DNA of 64,000 nt. Source: Novakomyces olei (lineage: Eukaryota). A program made the translations under genes and the position numbers. Below the pieces are notes generated by a model. That model worked only from the letters and a program-made list of their open reading frames with translations. It was not told the origin of the DNA and searched no databases. Location of the stretch: contig JADEYG010000003.1 of assembly GCA_016906335.1 (NCBI GenBank), positions 1,054,001-1,118,000 of the forward strand, written 5' to 3'. Shown in pieces: positions 58,665 to 64,000 of the stretch (the first letter of the stretch is position 1; each line of letters starts with the position of its first letter).

Positions 58665-59772
58665 GGAAGGAGGACGATAGGAGCAGCTACAGACGGAGAC
58701 GTGGGAGACTGATTAAATTCCGGCCCTTCCTCGAAACCTGACAAGACAAGGTACGAAATTATAGGAAAAAAAGAGTAACGATTTTGCCGGTAATCACACA
58801 CTGCAATTGCGCTACTGTACAGCGCGTGCTACCTCGAAAATCCAGCGATAATGAGCACTCGATGCTCTGGCTTCTGTATCCCTTGCGCCTGCTTGACGTA
58901 ATTTATTTATTTGGATAGACGGGAAAAGGATTAATTATTAATTAATAATACTCCATTTATTCATTCATGCTGGTTTCGGCATTTATGTATGGGATTAATA
59001 CAGAATTGTGTGGGTGAATGAAACAAACAGTCACCGAGTGTGGGGCCGATAAAATTTTCGCTGCACGCGAGCTATGCTTGGTGTGAAAGCGTGAGACTGT
59101 ACAAAGCCGCGTGCGGCCGTAATCTCGGCAAAAATTGAGGACTTTGTAAAGCGCTCGTCATTTGGTAAAGGCGATATTATTAATAGTCTCATACAAAATA
59201 TCCCGCGCTGCGTGGACCTGACAGTGCTCGGCAAAATTGAACGACTACGATTGGTCCAGTGACATCATGCATTCGGATATACTCGCCAAAAAGGGAAAAT
59301 GTTCCGAATGTAGGATCCAGTAGATTATTCCTCGATAAAGTAGCGGTTTGGTATTGTGTATGGTACTAAATTTTGGGTGTGTAGACTCCATAATTAATAC
59401 TGTTTTACATACTCGCAACACTCCTCTATTAGCTTTTCGATTTTGATTATACTGCAGCTGCTATATATAATTTATTCCAGTACAAAGTCTTTCTGCAGGG
59501 AGCCATGCATGCTTGATGTTGCGACATGCCTACTGTGACGAAATAAATCGACTGCATACAGAAAATTGCTGTTTATTGTTTGCCATCTATGTTTGCAATT
59601 CAGCAGGCCAACAAATAAGGCAAGGTGAACAAATAAGGTAAAGTCGTCAGACCAGCTAGTATTACATATACATGGAGCTGACAGCTCTTGAGTGGCAACA
59701 AAATACGGTTCATCTTCAACCCCATGCTTTATGAATTTACATCTATCCCAATAATTAACTAATTGTACAAGT

Positions 59773-61050
59773 TTAACCGGCAGGCTGGCCGCTGTGAAGG
59801 CGAATGTCGCCAGAAGTAGGATGCTCGGGATCCTCAACCGTATAGTGCGAGCGTCGGCGATGGCTGGTAAAGAAAGACTTGATTGCTCGCCATGTCACTT
59901 CACGCGGGAAATTAATCGGGGACTCTGGCCCTTCAAACACAAAGAAGTCATAGGCAAAGCAGCCCAGAAAAGCACCCGCCACAGGACCGGCAATTGCTCC
60001 CGATAGCCACCATAACTTGTGCTCCGTCCAAATCTGCCGAGGAAATCCCACCATAGACAGAAAGATGCGGGGGGCAAGATCACGGAAAGGGTTAAGAATA
60101 AAGGGAGTTTGCAGCCCGAGTGTAAGGCCGAGCATACTGATAACGAGACCCAATATAAAGGCATTCATACCCTTGGAAGGTGGTATATTTTGACTATCGC
60201 CCACAGCAAGAATAGTAATGTGTAAAATCGCGGTACTGCTAACCTCGTTGAACCAGGCCGATGCTATCGGCACTCCAGGATAGGGTACGGTGTAGAATAA
60301 TGAGCCAGTGCTGTTGCTCCAGCCATTAGGATCGAGCTGGCGCAGTAAAGGATAGTGCAGGATAAAACACCACGCAGAGGCTGCCAGCATACCAAAAAAC
60401 TGAGCAATCCAAAACTGGAAAACGCGTGGAAAGGGAAACCCACGGAAAAACCAGAGACTAAGCGTAATGACCGGGTTCAAATGCGCACCAGAGTAGCCAC
60501 CAGCCACGTAAATTGCCGCCATAATTCCGAATCCCCAGCCTAGCACAATAGACAAATAATTCCCGTAGGCAGCGCCTCCAATGTGCACCTGCAAAGTCGC
60601 CGACAGACCGATAAAAAGAAATACAAAAGATCCAAGGAACTCGGCCATCTCCGCATGAAACCGGTGGCGCAGTCTTAAAAATGCTTGGTAGTCCTTGTCC
60701 TCCAGGACATGGATTTTTTCCAATTCTGCCTTTTCCGCATCACGGCTACCGCCCGACGCCTCTATATCCGCAATCTTGTTCTTCAGCCGTTCGTGAATCA
60801 AATCTTTATAGCCGTCCCGCGTCGTCTGTGGGAAGGGCTTGGCAATACTGAAGAGATTGCTCGAATCTTGCCCATTGTTCCGGTCTGGAGGATCTACTAG
60901 CGAGTACAAGTGATCGCGATTGAGCTCCGGATTGTAGCCTGGATGGTCTAATTTTGAATGATGCAAGAGATCTATCATCGTATGTAACTTTTGCCATTCT
61001 TTTTGATGGTGCCTATGATGCAGACCGTCATCAGCATCATGGTTCGACAT
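59773..61050 (-). CDS. Aquaglyceroporin (MIP family)
   Basis: AEFLGSFV, SGAHLNPVITL, FILNPFRDLAPR, YDFFVFEGPESPIN. Confidence 0.9.
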   Translation of the reverse strand: MSNHDADDGLHHRHHQKEWQKLHTMIDLLHHSKLDHPGYNPELNRDHLYSLVDPPDRNNGQDSSNLFSIAKPFPQTTRDGYKDLIHERLKNKIADIEASGGSRDAEKAELEKIHVLEDKDYQAFLRLRHRFHAEMAEFLGSFVFLFIGLSATLQVHIGGAAYGNYLSIVLGWGFGIMAAIYVAGGYSGAHLNPVITLSLWFFRGFPFPRVFQFWIAQFFGMLAASAWCFILHYPLLRQLDPNGWSNSTGSLFYTVPYPGVPIASAWFNEVSSTAILHITILAVGDSQNIPPSKGMNAFILGLVISMLGLTLGLQTPFILNPFRDLAPRIFLSMVGFPRQIWTEHKLWWLSGAIAGPVAGAFLGCFAYDFFVFEGPESPINFPREVTWRAIKSFFTSHRRRSHYTVEDPEHPTSGDIRLHSGQPAG

Positions 61051-61872
61051 GTTTGAAGTGATTTATAACGGAACTAAAAGTTCAATCCCTCTTTAACCAT
61101 TTTGTTATCAGTCGGCCAGGATATCAACAAATTCGAAATTTAATAATAATAATCGCGATACATCCGATTCGGATAATTTTACATGATGAAAATCATGTTG
61201 ATGCAGATCGGGTCAAATGTAAATATTATCATAATATTGCACATATATTTGCACATCTGTCAAGTCTCGGAATTGTGTAGCTCTTCTTACGTATATTATA
61301 TCGTATATACGCTGAAATAATGACCGGCATTATAACCTGTACAAGCAACCCCTCCTTATCCTAAAATTTAAGTTCAGGGTTAGTTAGGGTTAATCTATCT
61401 AGACATATATTCCAGGAAATTTGTCCAGTGTTCGCCACAAATTAGTGGATTTGTAATAACTGTACGTAGATTTGTTTGAGCCACGGTGAGAAGGACTGCC
61501 ATTGGCAATGCGCAGTAGTTGCGGGTGTAAATAGATTTGCCATTTCAAAATATCAAGATTCAGAGATTGTGTAATATATATTCCGCGTATTTTTATCTAG
61601 TCGAGATTACTATATGCTGTGTATGTATTATTATATTCCTTTATTGTGCTACGCACTAATTAATTTAGTACTTCAATATCCCGTCAATGCAGCGTGCTAG
61701 ACAAATTGAGGATCTTGTTAAGCCCGAGTTCAATGCCAGTGAATTCGTAGAAAAAAAATTACGAGGACGAGCAAATGTTCGCGGCACAATGCAAGTATTT
61801 TGGCGCCTATCCAATTGTGTTTTTATATGGCATATTCATGTTAAAAAATGACAGCGATGTGCGTTAAAAAAA

Positions 61873-61959
61873 TCCTTCGAGCCGGATTCGAGCCGACGAC
61901 CTTGTGGTATTTGTTTTACCAATTACAGCCACACGCTCTACCAACTGAGCTATCGAAGG
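61873..61959 (-). tRNA. tRNA-Tyr(GTA) with a ~14-nt intron
   Basis: CCTTCGATAGCTCAGTTGGTAGAGCGTGTGGCTGTAA[TTGGTAAAACAAAT]ACCACAAGGTCGTCGGCTCGAATCCGGCTCGAAGGA followed by a T-run. Confidence 0.9.
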
Positions 61960-62730
61960 TTTGAACTGACCATTCGTATGAACGCTATGTTGAATTACCG
62001 ATTAATTAAATATATATTAACTATGTGGATAAGTAATTAACAGCTTGTACATGTTTTGCAAAGAGAAAGAAATCAAATCAATAGCTGCTGCATTGAGTCT
62101 GGATCAAACCCCCATTTTTTTATCGACCGCGAAACTTTCAAGCTGATAGACGATGTATACGGCTCGAGTCTTATACTCTCGAGTACAGGGGAAATCATTA
62201 TCTTTGAAAGGTGGCATGAAAAAATAACGAGTATAGTAATTCATCACCTCACAAAATTATTTGGTGAGCTTATCTATTCTGTACAAATCTTGTGACCATC
62301 GTAGATTGCCTCGTATTGATTCACCTTTACAGCTTCAAAGATAAAGTCAGAGGCGTTGTTAAGAAACGGCTGAGGCAAAATATAAACATTATAGTAAAGG
62401 ATGCACTCTACACAGCTCCAAACTATTACTAATAATCATTCAAGTATTTATTTGATTCTATGCACTAGACTGCAGTCCACAAGAGTTTAACGAGTACTAC
62501 CGACCACGGAAACCCAGTATTACTGAAGTAACGCCCGAGATCGGTGTACCGTTAAAACAAGAAATTCAGCTAAACATGCTTTCTTAATATCCGTTTTAAT
62601 CTCCGATAAGTGCTATATTGTGTGTCAAAATAATGATATTATCCCCCCCTTACTGTTGCCATGATTGATTTGAATGAACAAGAAACAGGTGCCACCAGAA
62701 ACGTAGACATGCTCAGCCAAACCTCATAGT

Positions 62731-63379
62731 TTACTCTGGCTTGTCCTGCTCGAGGGGCGGTGGAGCCTGACCTTCATCGTCGTCATCACTGTCTCCGCCT
62801 TCATCGTCGTCCTCACCAGCGCCAAACTGACCAAGGCCGCCAGCTCCACCAAGGCCACCGAGCTTGCTAAAATCAAAGCCACCAGCGCCGCCGGCACCGC
62901 CAGCGAGCGCACTTAAATCAGGCATTCCTCCACCTGGACCGCCAGCGCCAAAGTCCATTTCCTCCTTCTCGTCTTGCTCGTCTTCGTCGACCCAACGGTC
63001 GAAATCGGTCTTGAGGAAATGAGGCTTGCTCTTGTCCTTGAGCAGCCGAGGCCAGTACTCGGCCGACTTTTCCTTCTTGCGCAGCTCAAACACAGTGTAG
63101 CGGCCTGTTACCGAATGCCGTGAGGCAGAGGGATCAATCTCTGCATACAGCTGAAGGTTCACCTCGTACTCCGTCCCGTTCTTGCTCTTACCCCGATAGT
63201 GCAGCGAATTGCTGTCTAATTTGATCTCAGGGTTGGGCACGTCTGGAGCAACGACCGTGACGAATACAATGTTCTTCTCAGCCACATCTTCTGATGAGCG
63301 CTGTGCCCACGTAACTATATAGTTAGATCGTTTGATCCTCTAATCCACAGATTCACTTACCTTCTGGGGTCAATGCCAT
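62731..63379 (-). CDS. SBA1: Hsp90 co-chaperone p23 (Sba1/Wos2), intron 63315-63360
   Basis: MALTPEVTWAQRS, EYWPRLLK, FLKTDFDRWVDEDE, Gly-rich acidic tail. Confidence 0.94.
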
Positions 63380-63675
63380 AATGTTTGCTGCACAGTCTGT
63401 TTCGTGCTGCTTTTAACTCGGCGCCCGTTCTATGACGTTCGATTGCTTATTCTATGGCTCTGCAAACTTCTCTGTGTGGAGAAAACCCTGTGGGCTGTAT
63501 TACTTGCGAGCGCAATTATTGGGAGCGCTATTAATATAATATGGATGGCAATCTGCACGCAGCATGACTTGCCGCAATTCTATATAGAAAGAAATAATAT
63601 TATTATTGGAATAAACACCGCTATACATACACAAGAATACGCGACAGCAATACGCGACAGCAATTAGGAGACACA

Positions 63676-64000
63676 CTATCCCTGTGCCGATTGTAGACCC
63701 GCGATTATACGGTCGTGTGCCTTACCATAATGACCACTTGTACTTTGCAGTGCATTAACGTGCTCAGCAGAAAACCAGCCAGAGGCAATTCCACGTGCAA
63801 CTGAGCTGACAATCTGGCATACTTTATCCTCTAGTTCGAGCACATCAACGTCCTGGTCCGCTCCCGGTTCCGCGACTACTCCCTCGTCTCCATCTTCGTC
63901 GTCGTACGATAGTACTGGCTCGAATTGTGTACCCATTAAATCTGCCAGCGCCTTGTACGCTCGATCGAGTGTTTTGAGCACGTTTATCTCGTCGTCCGCC
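63676..64000 (-). CDS. 3' end of a gene running off the window; possibly cohesin subunit Scc3/STAG (Psc3/Rec11-like)
   Basis: Frame open to the window edge. The acidic loop followed by LELEDKVCQIVSSVARGIASG...HYGKAHDRII only loosely recalls fungal STAG C-termini. Confidence 0.4.
   Translation of the reverse strand, partial: ADDEINVLKTLDRAYKALADLMGTQFEPVLSYDDEDGDEGVVAEPGADQDVDVLELEDKVCQIVSSVARGIASGWFSAEHVNALQSTSGHYGKAHDRIIAGLQSAQG

Noticed and set aside
62724..62912. Alternative-frame ORF overlapping p23 and ending in SKL (cryptic PTS1)
   Set aside because: No convincing splice or frameshift signal leads into that frame; likely chance.

Overview
Gene-dense 64 kb window from an intron-containing, yeast-like ascomycete fungus. 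It uses the standard code: conserved Leu in SAR1 is CTG. The many 35-57 nt introns suggest Taphrinomycotina or a basal Saccharomycotina lineage, but this cannot be settled from the window. About 26 protein genes were reconstructed by hand across 31 predicted introns. Core genes include MED12, PDH1/prpD, AGC1, ERS1/cystinosin, NTO1, eIF3a, PRI2, PDX1, SAR1, RRP8, URA5, SNF8, MCT1 and SBA1/p23; there are also tRNA-His and an intron-containing tRNA-Tyr. The 42.9-61 kb segment is accessory-looking: Gfo/Idh/MocA oxidoreductase, MBL-fold hydrolase, PDR ABC exporter, Zn2Cys6 factor, DHA1 MFS and aquaglyceroporin. The most notable observations are four. (1) A candidate MBL + PDR + Zn2Cys6 detoxification module loaded with young tandem repeats in coding, promoter and UTR positions. 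(2) A five-repeat Myb protein with a c-Myb-like R1R2R3 core. (3) Unusually relaxed splice signals: 7/31 AAG acceptors, a 37-nt GC-AG intron and CTTAC branch points. (4) An NPV/NPF aquaglyceroporin. No transposon, rRNA or CRISPR was seen. All calls come from reading the sequence; no database searches were run.
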